NCBI GenBank assembly: GCA_036556385.1
Contig: DATBJQ010000090.1
Span: 7,057 to 71,056, forward strand
Length of the DNA stretch: 64,000 bases
Origin: Actinomycetota bacterium
GTDB lineage: Bacteria; Actinomycetota; UBA4738; HRBIN12
Direction: 5' to 3'
Shown here: positions 45,209-53,678 of the stretch, piece after piece
Layout: every line of letters starts with the position of its first letter
How positions within the stretch are numbered: position 1 is the stretch's first letter
Made by a program: the position numbers and the translations under genes
Notes under the pieces: model-generated
Database searches by the model: none
Told to the model about the DNA's origin: nothing
The model's input: the letters and a program-made list of their open reading frames with translations, nothing else

Positions 45209-46381
45209 TCAGAACTCGACGGGCAGCCCGAGGTCGCGCGCCAGGATCAGACGATGGATCTCGCTGGTGCCCTCGCCGATCTCGAGCACCTTGGCGTCGC
45301 GATAGAAGCGGGCCACGGGGTACTCCTCGACGAAGCCGAACCCCCCGTGGATCTGCACCGCGTCACGGGAGCAGGCGACGGCCGCCTCCGACGACACGAC
45401 CTTCGCGATCGACGCCGCGGCGACATGGGGACGTCCCTGGTCGCGGAGCCAGGCCGCGCGGTAGGTGGCGAGGCGGGCGGTCTCCACCGCGATCCTCATG
45501 TCGGCGACCTTCGTCTGGATCGCCTGGTTCGCGCCGATCGGCCGGCCGAACGCGGAGCGCACCATCGCGTACGACACGCTCGCATCCAGGCACGCCTGGG
45601 CCAGTCCGACGGCGAGCGCGGCGATCGAGATCCGTGCGTCGGTCAGCACGTCCAGACATTGGGCGAATCCGCGACCCCGGTCCCCCAGCAGGGCGTCGGC
45701 GTCGACCTCGCATCCATCGAACGCGAGCCCGCGGGTGTCGCTCGAACGCCACCCCATCTTCCGGTAGGGGGACTCGACGGCGACGCCGCCGGCATCGGCC
45801 GGCACGAGGAACGACGAGAGGCCACGGCGACCGCCCCCCGGCTCGCTCGCGGCGGTCACGACGTGCACACGGGTGAGGGGCGTCCCGGCGTTCGTGATGA
45901 GCGCCTTCGACCCGTCGATCCTCCAGCCGGTCCGCCCGTCCGCTCCGTTCCACGGCGTCGCCCTGGTCGACGTGGAGGCGGCGTCGCTGCCACCGCCCGG
46001 CTCGGTGAGCGCGAACGAGGCGATCGCCTCGCCGGTGCAGATCGGGGGGAGCCACCGTTCCTTCTGGGCCGTCGATCCGAAGCGGTCGATCATCGTGCCG
46101 CCCAGACCGACGGCGGCCGACACCGTGATCGCGACCGACTGATCGACGCGACCCAGCTCCTCGAGGGCCAGGCACATCGTGAGCGCGTCGGCGCCCGCGC
46201 CGCCGTACTCCGGAGGGAAGGGGAGTCCGAACAGCCCGAGCTCCGCGATCCGCGCGAGGATCTCGAGCGGGAACTCCTCGCGCTCGTCGCGATCGGCCGC
46301 GCCCGGGGCAACGACCTCGTCGGCGAACGCCCGGACCACCTCGTGGAACCGTCGCTGGTCGTCGGTGAGGTCGAGGTCCAT
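45209..46381 (-). CDS. Acyl-CoA dehydrogenase
   Basis: 'MDLDLTDDQRRFHEVVRAFADEVVAP...FALTEPGGGSDAAS...' plus the C-terminal ACAD helical domain. Start at the internal Met (46381). Confidence 0.85.
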   Translation of the reverse strand: MDLDLTDDQRRFHEVVRAFADEVVAPGAADRDEREEFPLEILARIAELGLFGLPFPPEYGGAGADALTMCLALEELGRVDQSVAITVSAAVGLGGTMIDRFGSTAQKERWLPPICTGEAIASFALTEPGGGSDAASTSTRATPWNGADGRTGWRIDGSKALITNAGTPLTRVHVVTAASEPGGGRRGLSSFLVPADAGGVAVESPYRKMGWRSSDTRGLAFDGCEVDADALLGDRGRGFAQCLDVLTDARISIAALAVGLAQACLDASVSYAMVRSAFGRPIGANQAIQTKVADMRIAVETARLATYRAAWLRDQGRPHVAAASIAKVVSSEAAVACSRDAVQIHGGFGFVEEYPVARFYRDAKVLEIGEGTSEIHRLILARDLGLPVEF

Positions 46382-46434
46382 CCGGATCGAGCGTACCCTT
46401 TCGCGAGAGAGGAACACCGACGCAGGATGGGGGT

Positions 46435-48393
46435 ATGAGCGGCCAGGCCCGTTCCTCGCTGGATCGAGCGCGCGACGCCGTGCAGCGCCGCGCCTGGTTC
46501 GACGCGTACGGAGCCTTCGACGCGGTGCGGTCGGAGGGAGGGGCTCCGCTCGAACCCGACGACCTGGAGCTGCTGGCGAAGGCCGCCTGGTGGACCGGGA
46601 GGCCGGGGGAGTCGATCGAGGCCCACGAGCGCGCCTACGCGCTGCTGGTCGAGCGTGGCGAACGGTCCCGCGCCGCCTTCCAGGCGCTGACGCTCCGTCG
46701 GGAGTACGTGACGAAGCTCGGCGGGTCGGTGGCCATGGGGTGGCTCACCAGGGCCGAGCAGCTCCTCGACGGCGAGCCCGAGTCCGCCGCGCACGGCTAC
46801 CTGGCACTCGCGCACGGCAGCCAGGCATGGCAACGGGGCGAGCTCGACCATGCGCTCGCACACATGGAGCGGGGGGTCGAGGTCGGCGCTCGGCTCGGGG
46901 ATCGGGACCTGCGTGCGTGGGCGGAGATGTACCGCGGGATGGTGCTGATCGACCGCGGCGACGTGGAGGAGGGATGGCTCCTCCTGGAGGGCGTGGCCGC
47001 CGCCGCGGTGGGGGGCGAGCTCGGCGGTTACACGACCGGAGGGGTGTTCTGCAACGTGATCAGCGTGTGTCGTGACCTCGCCGACTACGGCCGAGCGAGC
47101 GAGTGGGCGGACGCGGCGAAGCGGTGGTGCGAGCGGCAATCGATCTCGGGGTTCCCCGGCGTCTGCCGCGTCCACCGCGCCGAGGTGCTCCGCCTCCTCG
47201 GGGCCTGGACGGAGGCGGAGTCGGAGGTGCGGTTGGCCTGCGAGGAGCTCCGGGAGTTCAGCCCCGCGCAGGCTGGCGCCGCGTTCCATGAGCTCGGCGA
47301 GGTGCGACTGCGACAGGGTGATCTGGCGGGGGCGGAGGAGGCGTTCGCGCAGGCGGAGGAGTTCCGAGAGGACCCACAACCCGGGCGCTCGCTGCTGCTC
47401 GCGGCACGCGGGGAACCCGCCTCGGCCGCCGCGTCGATCCGTTCCTCGCTCGACGACACGTGGAACCAGCTCAAACGAGCGCGGCTGCTCCCCGCGCAAG
47501 CGGCGATCGCCCTGCTCACCGCCGAGCCGGACGTGGCCCGGGCAGCTGCGCTCGAGCTCGGGTCGATCGCCGAGAGCTTCGGCACCTCGGCGATCCGCGC
47601 GGACGCAGAGACCGCGTGGGGGATCGTCGCGCTGCTCGAGGGGAACCATGCGGGGGCCCTCGAGCGCGTCCGGGCTGCGCGCGCGTTGTGGCGGGAGGTG
47701 GAGGCTCCCTACGAGATCGCGTCCGCGTCGCTGCTGATGGCGTCGATCCACCTGGAGCGCGGGGACCTCCCGGCCGCGCGACTCGAGGCTGAGGCGGCTC
47801 GATCGACGTTCGAGCGGCTGGGAGCGACCCCCGCGGTCGCCCGATCCGACGAGCTGCTCCTGCGGCTCGCGCCGCGAGGTCCGTCCCCCGACGTGACCCG
47901 GCGGACGTTCCTGTTCAGCGACATCGTGGGGTCGACGCGGTTGATCGAGGCCATCGGCGACGAAGCGTGGGTCGCCCTGCGCCGTTGGCACGACGACGCC
48001 CTCCGGCGTTCCTTCGACGATCACGGGGGCCAGGAGGTCGACCACGCGGGCGACGGGTTCTTCGTCGCGTTCCCGGACGCGCGACACGCGGTGGATTGCG
48101 CGATCGAGATCCAGCGGAAGCTCGCGGCGCATCGGCGAGACCATGGATTCGCCCCCCGTGTGCGGATGGGCGTGCACGCGACCGAGGCGATCGCGCACGT
48201 CGGCGACTACAGCGGTCGCGGCGTACACGAGGCGGCGCGGATCGGGGCGATCGCCACCGCGGACGAGATCCTGGCCAGCGTCGCGACGCTCGAGCACCTC
48301 GACGGCGTCCGGAGCGGGGAGCCCCACGACGAGCAGCTCAAGGGTCTCTCCGAGCCGGTCGCGGTGCTCGCGATCGAATGGCGGGACGCCTAG
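46435..48393 (+). CDS. TPR/helical-repeat regulatory protein with a C-terminal class III adenylyl/guanylyl cyclase domain
   Basis: N-terminal about 450 aa are helical repeats. The C-terminus 'TFLFSDIVGSTRLIEAIGDEAW...DHAGDGFFVAFPDARHAVDCAIEIQRKL...RVRMGVHATEA' is a CHD cyclase core with metal-binding Asp residues. Confidence 0.75.
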   Translation: MSGQARSSLDRARDAVQRRAWFDAYGAFDAVRSEGGAPLEPDDLELLAKAAWWTGRPGESIEAHERAYALLVERGERSRAAFQALTLRREYVTKLGGSVAMGWLTRAEQLLDGEPESAAHGYLALAHGSQAWQRGELDHALAHMERGVEVGARLGDRDLRAWAEMYRGMVLIDRGDVEEGWLLLEGVAAAAVGGELGGYTTGGVFCNVISVCRDLADYGRASEWADAAKRWCERQSISGFPGVCRVHRAEVLRLLGAWTEAESEVRLACEELREFSPAQAGAAFHELGEVRLRQGDLAGAEEAFAQAEEFREDPQPGRSLLLAARGEPASAAASIRSSLDDTWNQLKRARLLPAQAAIALLTAEPDVARAAALELGSIAESFGTSAIRADAETAWGIVALLEGNHAGALERVRAARALWREVEAPYEIASASLLMASIHLERGDLPAARLEAEAARSTFERLGATPAVARSDELLLRLAPRGPSPDVTRRTFLFSDIVGSTRLIEAIGDEAWVALRRWHDDALRRSFDDHGGQEVDHAGDGFFVAFPDARHAVDCAIEIQRKLAAHRRDHGFAPRVRMGVHATEAIAHVGDYSGRGVHEAARIGAIATADEILASVATLEHLDGVRSGEPHDEQLKGLSEPVAVLAIEWRDA

Positions 48394-48394
48394 C

Positions 48395-48840
48395 CTAGCC
48401 GGCGGCCCGCGAGAACCCCTCGAGGTCTCCGATCCGGCCCTCTCGGTCCGACCGGAGCACCGGCACCACGCGATCCCCGATCGCCGGGTCCCATCCATCC
48501 TCCGGCAGGAGTCGGTGGAGCAGGACCGTGTCGGCGCCGTCGAGGCGGACCAGCCCGTAGCGTTCGGGCGCGGGGAGGGGCTCGTCGTCGACGTCGACGT
48601 GCAGCGTCGTCCACGACGTCAGCGTGCCTCCCGGGCCACACGTGGTGTCGGGCCGGAGCTCGGCGAGGCACCGCTCGCAGAACACGCGCGCGGGGAGGTA
48701 GGTCACGTCACACGACGAGCAGCGCGACCCGACGAACGTCCCCTCGTCGCGGAGGCTCGCGAAGAAGGCGCCGTTTCCGAGGCCGGGCGTGTATCGGAAC
48801 GCCACGGGCAGCGTGCCGTCGATCCGTCGATCGTCCGTCA
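48395..48840 (-). CDS. DUF35 OB-fold / rubredoxin-like zinc-ribbon protein (thiolase accessory, ChsH2-C/BbsA-like)
   Basis: 'CSSCDVTYLPARVFCERC' is the zinc ribbon, followed by an OB-fold. Start 'MTDDRRIDG'. Overlaps the end of the upstream thiolase gene. Confidence 0.7.
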
Positions 48841-50541
48841 TGGACCGGCGTCCTGCGCCGCGGGACGGAAATGCGCGATGTCCAGGATCGAGCCTTCGCG
48901 TTCGCCCTCGGGTCGCCAGACCGCCTCGACCCGCATCCCGATCCGCACGTCGTCTGGATCCACGTCGCCGAGGAGGTGGAGGAAGCCGCCCTCGCTCGTG
49001 CCGTCGAGGCGGATCACCGCTGGGATCTCCGGGTCGTCGAGCTGGCGCATGTCCCAGGTGATCCGGCACAGGGAGAAGGTCTCCACGCTCCCCGTGTCGG
49101 CCACGTCGGCCCACCCGTCGGTCGGGCGGAAGCATCGCTCGCAGAACGCGCGGGGAGGAACGAGGATCCGGCCGCATGCCGAGCAGGTGGTCGCCCGGAT
49201 CCGACCCTCTCGGAGGCCGTCGAGGAACGCCCCGGCGGCGGCGCCCGGATCCCATCGGTACCGGCCGTCGAACGCGGTGTCGACGGCCCCGGAAGCCGTG
49301 AGGAACTCCGGGTCGCTGAGCGACGTCGCCGTCGGCGCCAGGGGCGGCGTCGTGGCGGTCGCGGTGGTCGCGGGGCCGCCGTCGGTCCCCATCACGACGA
49401 CCGTGCCCACTTGCATCAGATCTCCCCACGCCTGCGCGAGGCCGCGCTCGGGGGTGCCGGGCACCTGTCGGGCTCCGGCTTCGCCGCGGAGCTGCCAGAA
49501 CAGCTCGGCGATCTTCATCAGCCCCGCCGCGGCGATCGGGTTGCCGACGCCGAGGAGGCCTCCGCTCGGGCAGCAGGGGAGGTCCCCGTCGCGCGCCGTG
49601 ACGCCGTCGCGCGCGGCTTCCGGCGCCATCCCCTTGTCGAACAGGAGCAGGCCCTCCAGGTGGTGGAGCTCCTTGTAATCGAACGGGTCGTACGGCTCGG
49701 CCACATGGATCTGCTTGCGCGGCTCCGTGACGCCCGCCATGTCGTAGGCCATCCGCGCCGCGTGCTCGACGTACTCGGGATACACGAGGTCGCGGTTCGT
49801 CCAGTACGTGGTGTCGAGGTTCCACCCCACCCCCTGGATCCAGACCGGCCGGTCCGTGAGGGTCGCCGCCACGTCCTCGGCGGCCAGCACCAGCGCGACA
49901 GCGCCGTCGCTGATCGGCGAGACGTCGAGCCGCTGGACCGGCCAGGCGAGCACCTCGCTCGCCAGGACGTCGTCGGTGGTGATGTCCGCCTGTCCGAGGA
50001 GCGCCGCGGGGTGGTCGGCCGCGTTCCGCTTGTTCTTCACCGCGACCGATGCGATGTCACGCTTGTCGAGCCCGTACGTCGACATGTACCGGTTCATCTC
50101 GAGGGCGAAGATCCACAGCAGGTTCGGCCCGAGCGGCCGCTCGATCACGTTGTCGAAGATCGTGAGGAACGCGCCCTGGGGGTGGGGCTGGCACGAGGAC
50201 ATCTTCTCCTCGGCCACGCAGAGCACGACGTCGGCCATCCCGGACGCGACCGTGTACCAGCCCTGGATCGGCGTGAACACGCCGGTGCCGCCGCCCACGT
50301 ACGCGCGCAGGAAGGGCTTTCCCCACGCGCCCGCGCCGTCGGCCAGGTAGTCACCCTTGCGGTGCACGCCGTCGAACGCGTCGGGCGCGCTCCCCAGGCA
50401 CACGGCGTCGACGCGATCCAGCCCGATCCCCGCGCTCTCGAGGGCCGCGCGCGCGGCGATCGCGGAGAGCTCCTTGCCGGTCTCCTGGGCGCGTCGCACG
50501 AACCGCGTCATGCCGGCGCCGACCACCGCGACCCGCCTACC
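48838..50541 (-). CDS. SCP-x/Ltp-type thiolase fused through a Thr/Ala/Pro linker to a C-terminal DUF35 zinc-ribbon/OB domain
   Basis: Thiolase-like N-terminus 'RRVAVVGAGMTRF...'. Linker 'GPATTATATTPPLAPTATS'. Then 'CSACGRILVPPRAFCERC' plus an OB-fold. No in-frame stop between the two parts. Confidence 0.65.
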   Translation of the reverse strand, partial: GRRVAVVGAGMTRFVRRAQETGKELSAIAARAALESAGIGLDRVDAVCLGSAPDAFDGVHRKGDYLADGAGAWGKPFLRAYVGGGTGVFTPIQGWYTVASGMADVVLCVAEEKMSSCQPHPQGAFLTIFDNVIERPLGPNLLWIFALEMNRYMSTYGLDKRDIASVAVKNKRNAADHPAALLGQADITTDDVLASEVLAWPVQRLDVSPISDGAVALVLAAEDVAATLTDRPVWIQGVGWNLDTTYWTNRDLVYPEYVEHAARMAYDMAGVTEPRKQIHVAEPYDPFDYKELHHLEGLLLFDKGMAPEAARDGVTARDGDLPCCPSGGLLGVGNPIAAAGLMKIAELFWQLRGEAGARQVPGTPERGLAQAWGDLMQVGTVVVMGTDGGPATTATATTPPLAPTATSLSDPEFLTASGAVDTAFDGRYRWDPGAAAGAFLDGLREGRIRATTCSACGRILVPPRAFCERCFRPTDGWADVADTGSVETFSLCRITWDMRQLDDPEIPAVIRLDGTSEGGFLHLLGDVDPDDVRIGMRVEAVWRPEGEREGSILDIAHFRPAAQDAGP

Positions 50542-51592
50542 CACGGCGCAGCACCGCCACGGCGGCCGACGAGCTCGGGATCCCACGCCATGCCTGGGCG
50601 ACCGCCACGCCGGCGTTCCCCTCCCGCAGACGCTCGACGCAGGCCAGGAGTCGCGCGAGTCCGTTCGCCTCGTGGAGATCGCCCTCGCCCAGCGCGCCCC
50701 CGCTCGCGTTCACCCGATCGGGATCGAGCTCCGCGAGGCCGAGCGCGTCCAGATGCTGGAGCTGCTTGTACGCGAAGCGATCGTCGACCTCGGCCAGGTC
50801 CACGTCCCCCGGCGCCGCCCCGGCGCGGTCGAACGCGTCGCGGGCCGCTCGCTCGGCGGCGGCCGCCCGCCCCCAGCGGCGACTCTCGAGCGAGGGGGCG
50901 TCCTGGCTCCAGCCGACGCCGTCCACCCACGCGGCGGCCGCGCCGCCTCGGTCCTCGGCCGCGAGCACGACCACGACGCACCCGTCCGAGCGCGGGGCGA
51001 TCTGATCCCGGGTCAGCGGCTCGGCCACGGGGTCGGTCGATGGGCGTGTGCGTTCGGGCGCGCGGGGATTCGTGGTCGCGTGCTCCCGGTTCCGCTCGGC
51101 GACCTCGGCGCACTCGGACACGGATCGTCCGGAGACATGGAGGTAGCGCTGCATCTCGAGGCCCGCGACGACCACCGGCGCCATACCGAGGGGCGCGTTC
51201 AGGACCGGGTCGAGCGCGAACCGCTCGATCCTGCCCGGCGAGACGACGTCGCTCGCCTTGGAGTGCGCCTCGACCGCGACGGTCCCGGCGACGCCGCTGC
51301 CGATCAGCATCACGCCCGTCGCCAGACCGAAGAGTCCGTCGGCGGTGATCGTGTGCACCGGGCGCTGGACGGCGCCCAGCTGGTCGGGCACGTACTCGTC
51401 GAAGATGCTGGTGCCCTCGTCGAGATCCTCGGAGCACGCCACGAACGAGTCGATCTGCGTCCGGGGATCGACGCCGGCGTCCTCGTAGGCCCGCCGGGCC
51501 GCATCGAACATCAGCTCCTTGTAGGAGACGCCTGGGGTGGTCGGGGCGAACCCGGACCACCCGACGCCGATCACCGCGACGCGCGACCCCAC
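50537..51592 (-). CDS. Thiolase-family (lipid-transfer-protein-like, non-condensing) protein
   Basis: 'MGSRVAVIGVGWSGF...' thiolase-like N-terminus, and a C-terminus with 'NASGGALGEG'. Confidence 0.7.
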   Translation of the reverse strand: MGSRVAVIGVGWSGFAPTTPGVSYKELMFDAARRAYEDAGVDPRTQIDSFVACSEDLDEGTSIFDEYVPDQLGAVQRPVHTITADGLFGLATGVMLIGSGVAGTVAVEAHSKASDVVSPGRIERFALDPVLNAPLGMAPVVVAGLEMQRYLHVSGRSVSECAEVAERNREHATTNPRAPERTRPSTDPVAEPLTRDQIAPRSDGCVVVVLAAEDRGGAAAAWVDGVGWSQDAPSLESRRWGRAAAAERAARDAFDRAGAAPGDVDLAEVDDRFAYKQLQHLDALGLAELDPDRVNASGGALGEGDLHEANGLARLLACVERLREGNAGVAVAQAWRGIPSSSAAVAVLRRG

Positions 51593-51640
51593 CCCACGGT
51601 TCTACCATCGCGCCGCCGCCGGCGTCGCCGGCCCGCGCGG

Positions 51641-53338
51641 TCAGGCGGTCGACGGGCGGCGGGCGGCGCGGGCCAGCCGCCGGACGTCGGTCGGCGTCAG
51701 GCGCCTCGCTCCGTGGTCGGACAGCCAGCGGAAGATCGGGCCGCGCATCCCCAGCGCGGTGACCGCGAGCACGTCGTGACGAGCCGACCGCTCCAGCATC
51801 GATCGCAGCGCATGGAGCTCCCCCCGGTAGCGCGGCGGGTCGGTCACCCCCGCCTCGGCCGCAGCGGCTGCCAATGCCTCGTAGATCTGCGCCGCCGTCC
51901 GCCCGCGCGTGTAGTGGCGCAGATCGGCGATCGCCAGGTGATCGACGCCCACGGCCGCCTGGAACGCGAAGCCGTGCAGGATCTCCGGGGTTCGGTCCCC
52001 GGCCGTGCAGATCGCCAGCCACGTGGCGGCGCCCGGTCTGCGGAGCCCACGGACGATCTCCACCAGACCCCGCATGCCCGCCTCGTTGTGGGCGTAGTCG
52101 ACCACGATCACCCGGCCGTCGAGACCGAAGAGGTTCGCCCTCCCCGGGTTGCGCTCCGGGTCCAGGACGAAGCTGCGGAGGCCCTTCGTCACGGCGGCGG
52201 GCGCGATCCCCACCCCGAGGGCCGCCGTGGCGGCGGCCAGCGCGTTGGCCGTGTAGATGCTCGAGACGCCGGCCAGCGTGATCGGAACGTCGAGCAGCGG
52301 TACCAACGTGTGGATCCGCCCGGGTTCGAGCCACGCGATGCGGCCGTCCAGGACCGTGGTCGCGCGTCCCCCGTCCGCGAGCGCCTCGCGGATCGCCGGG
52401 TGGTGCGGATCCAGCGAGACGACCCAGGGTCGGCCCGTGGCCTGCCGCCGCATCGCCAGGACCCGCGGGTCGTCGGCGTTCAGCACGTCCCAGCCCTCCT
52501 GCCGGGTGATCCGGACGATCGTCGCCTTCACCTCGGCGAGCTGGTCGACGGTCCGGATCCCGTGCAGACCCAGATGGTCGGCGCTGACGTTCGTGACGAC
52601 GGCCACGTCGTTGTGCAGCACGCCGATCCCGCGCTGCAGGATCCCGCCCCGAGCCGTCTCCAGGACGGCGACGTCGGGCCATTGGGCCAGGGCCGTCGCG
52701 GCCCCGCCGAACCCCGAGTAGTCCCCCTTCCGCACACGGACGGATCCGCGGTAGACGCCGTCGGTCGACGAGTAGGCGACCGTGCTCCCGGAGGCCTCCA
52801 CCAGATGGGCCAGCAACCGGACCGTGGTCGTCTTCCCGTTGGTCCCGGTGACCTGGATCACGGGAACGCCGGGGTCGGCGACCGTGGGCTCGGGACCCGG
52901 CTCGACGTCGCCCAGCGCACGGGCGAGCTCGGCGATCACCGGGCCGGGGCTCCGCCGCAGCGACAGCTCGAGCGCGCGCGCGGTGGCCTTCGCGAGCGCG
53001 ACCGCGGCCGTGCGACGCCGCCAGGGGAACGCCACCACGATCTGCTCCGGCTCGGGCCCTGGACGGGCACGGACCCCGAGCCGCGGCACCTCCGTAGCGG
53101 CGGCGAGCCGCCGGACCACCCCCGCGGCCACCCGCGCGACGTACCGGAGCCGTCGATCCGAGCCCGCCCGCCCCGCCGGCGACCGGATCCCGAGCGACCG
53201 TCCGGCGCGCCGAACGGCCGGCTCGCCGGCCCGCATCCATCCGGGCACCGCGATCGTGACCTTGATCGCGGGGCGGGGGAAATAGAGGTTCGGGCCGTCG
53301 AGGACCCGGAGCTCGACCAGCTCGACCGGGTCGCTCAC
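51641..53338 (-). CDS. Cyanophycin-synthetase-like protein with only the N domain and the Mur-ligase (M) domain, with no ATP-grasp domain
   Basis: N-terminus 'VELVELRVLDGPNLYFPRPAIKVT' resembles the CphA N domain. 'VIQVTGTNGKTTTVRLLAHL', 'TDGVY', 'ARGGILQRGIG', 'NVSADHLGL', 'VLNADDP', 'RSF...GR.NLFGLDGRVIVVDYAHN' are collinear with the cphA M domain at 41741..44632. About 330 aa of ATP-grasp are absent. Confidence 0.7.
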   Translation of the reverse strand: MSDPVELVELRVLDGPNLYFPRPAIKVTIAVPGWMRAGEPAVRRAGRSLGIRSPAGRAGSDRRLRYVARVAAGVVRRLAAATEVPRLGVRARPGPEPEQIVVAFPWRRRTAAVALAKATARALELSLRRSPGPVIAELARALGDVEPGPEPTVADPGVPVIQVTGTNGKTTTVRLLAHLVEASGSTVAYSSTDGVYRGSVRVRKGDYSGFGGAATALAQWPDVAVLETARGGILQRGIGVLHNDVAVVTNVSADHLGLHGIRTVDQLAEVKATIVRITRQEGWDVLNADDPRVLAMRRQATGRPWVVSLDPHHPAIREALADGGRATTVLDGRIAWLEPGRIHTLVPLLDVPITLAGVSSIYTANALAAATAALGVGIAPAAVTKGLRSFVLDPERNPGRANLFGLDGRVIVVDYAHNEAGMRGLVEIVRGLRRPGAATWLAICTAGDRTPEILHGFAFQAAVGVDHLAIADLRHYTRGRTAAQIYEALAAAAAEAGVTDPPRYRGELHALRSMLERSARHDVLAVTALGMRGPIFRWLSDHGARRLTPTDVRRLARAARRPSTA

Positions 53339-53629
53339 CTACGCCCCGGGTGGTTCGACGACCGTCTCGATCTGGCGGGCCATCGAGATGTCGGCGTCGG
53401 TCACCCCGCCCTCGTCGTGCGTCGTGAGCGAGAGCAGGACCGCGTCGTCGTGGATCTCGACGTCGGGATGGTGTCCGACCGCGATCGCGAGCTCGGCGAC
53501 CCGGTTCACGAACGCGATCGCCGAGCGGAAGCCTCGGTAGCGGAACTCCTTGAACAGCTTGCCGCCCACGTACGACCAGCCGGGGAGGTTCTCGAGCTCC
53601 TCCTTGATCAGGTCGTCGGGCAGCCGCAT
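53339..53629 (-). CDS. Pterin-4a-carbinolamine dehydratase
   Basis: 'LENLPGWSYVGGKLFKEFRYRGFRSAIAFVNRVAELAIAVGHHPDVEIH' matches the PCD/DCoH motif ([EDKH]-x3-H-H-P). Confidence 0.8.
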   Translation of the reverse strand: MRLPDDLIKEELENLPGWSYVGGKLFKEFRYRGFRSAIAFVNRVAELAIAVGHHPDVEIHDDAVLLSLTTHDEGGVTDADISMARQIETVVEPPGA

Positions 53630-53678
53630 CGGTGCAGCCTAGTCACCGCGGCGCGGCGACGCGAACGGCCATGATCGC

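Noticed and set aside
50357-53674. 1105-aa plus ORF and 910-aa minus ORF (50508..53240) spanning the thiolase and CphA-like genes
   Set aside because: Same high-GC shadow-ORF artefact. The products are Arg/Pro/Gly repeats with no domain logic, whereas the annotated frames carry thiolase and Mur-ligase motifs.
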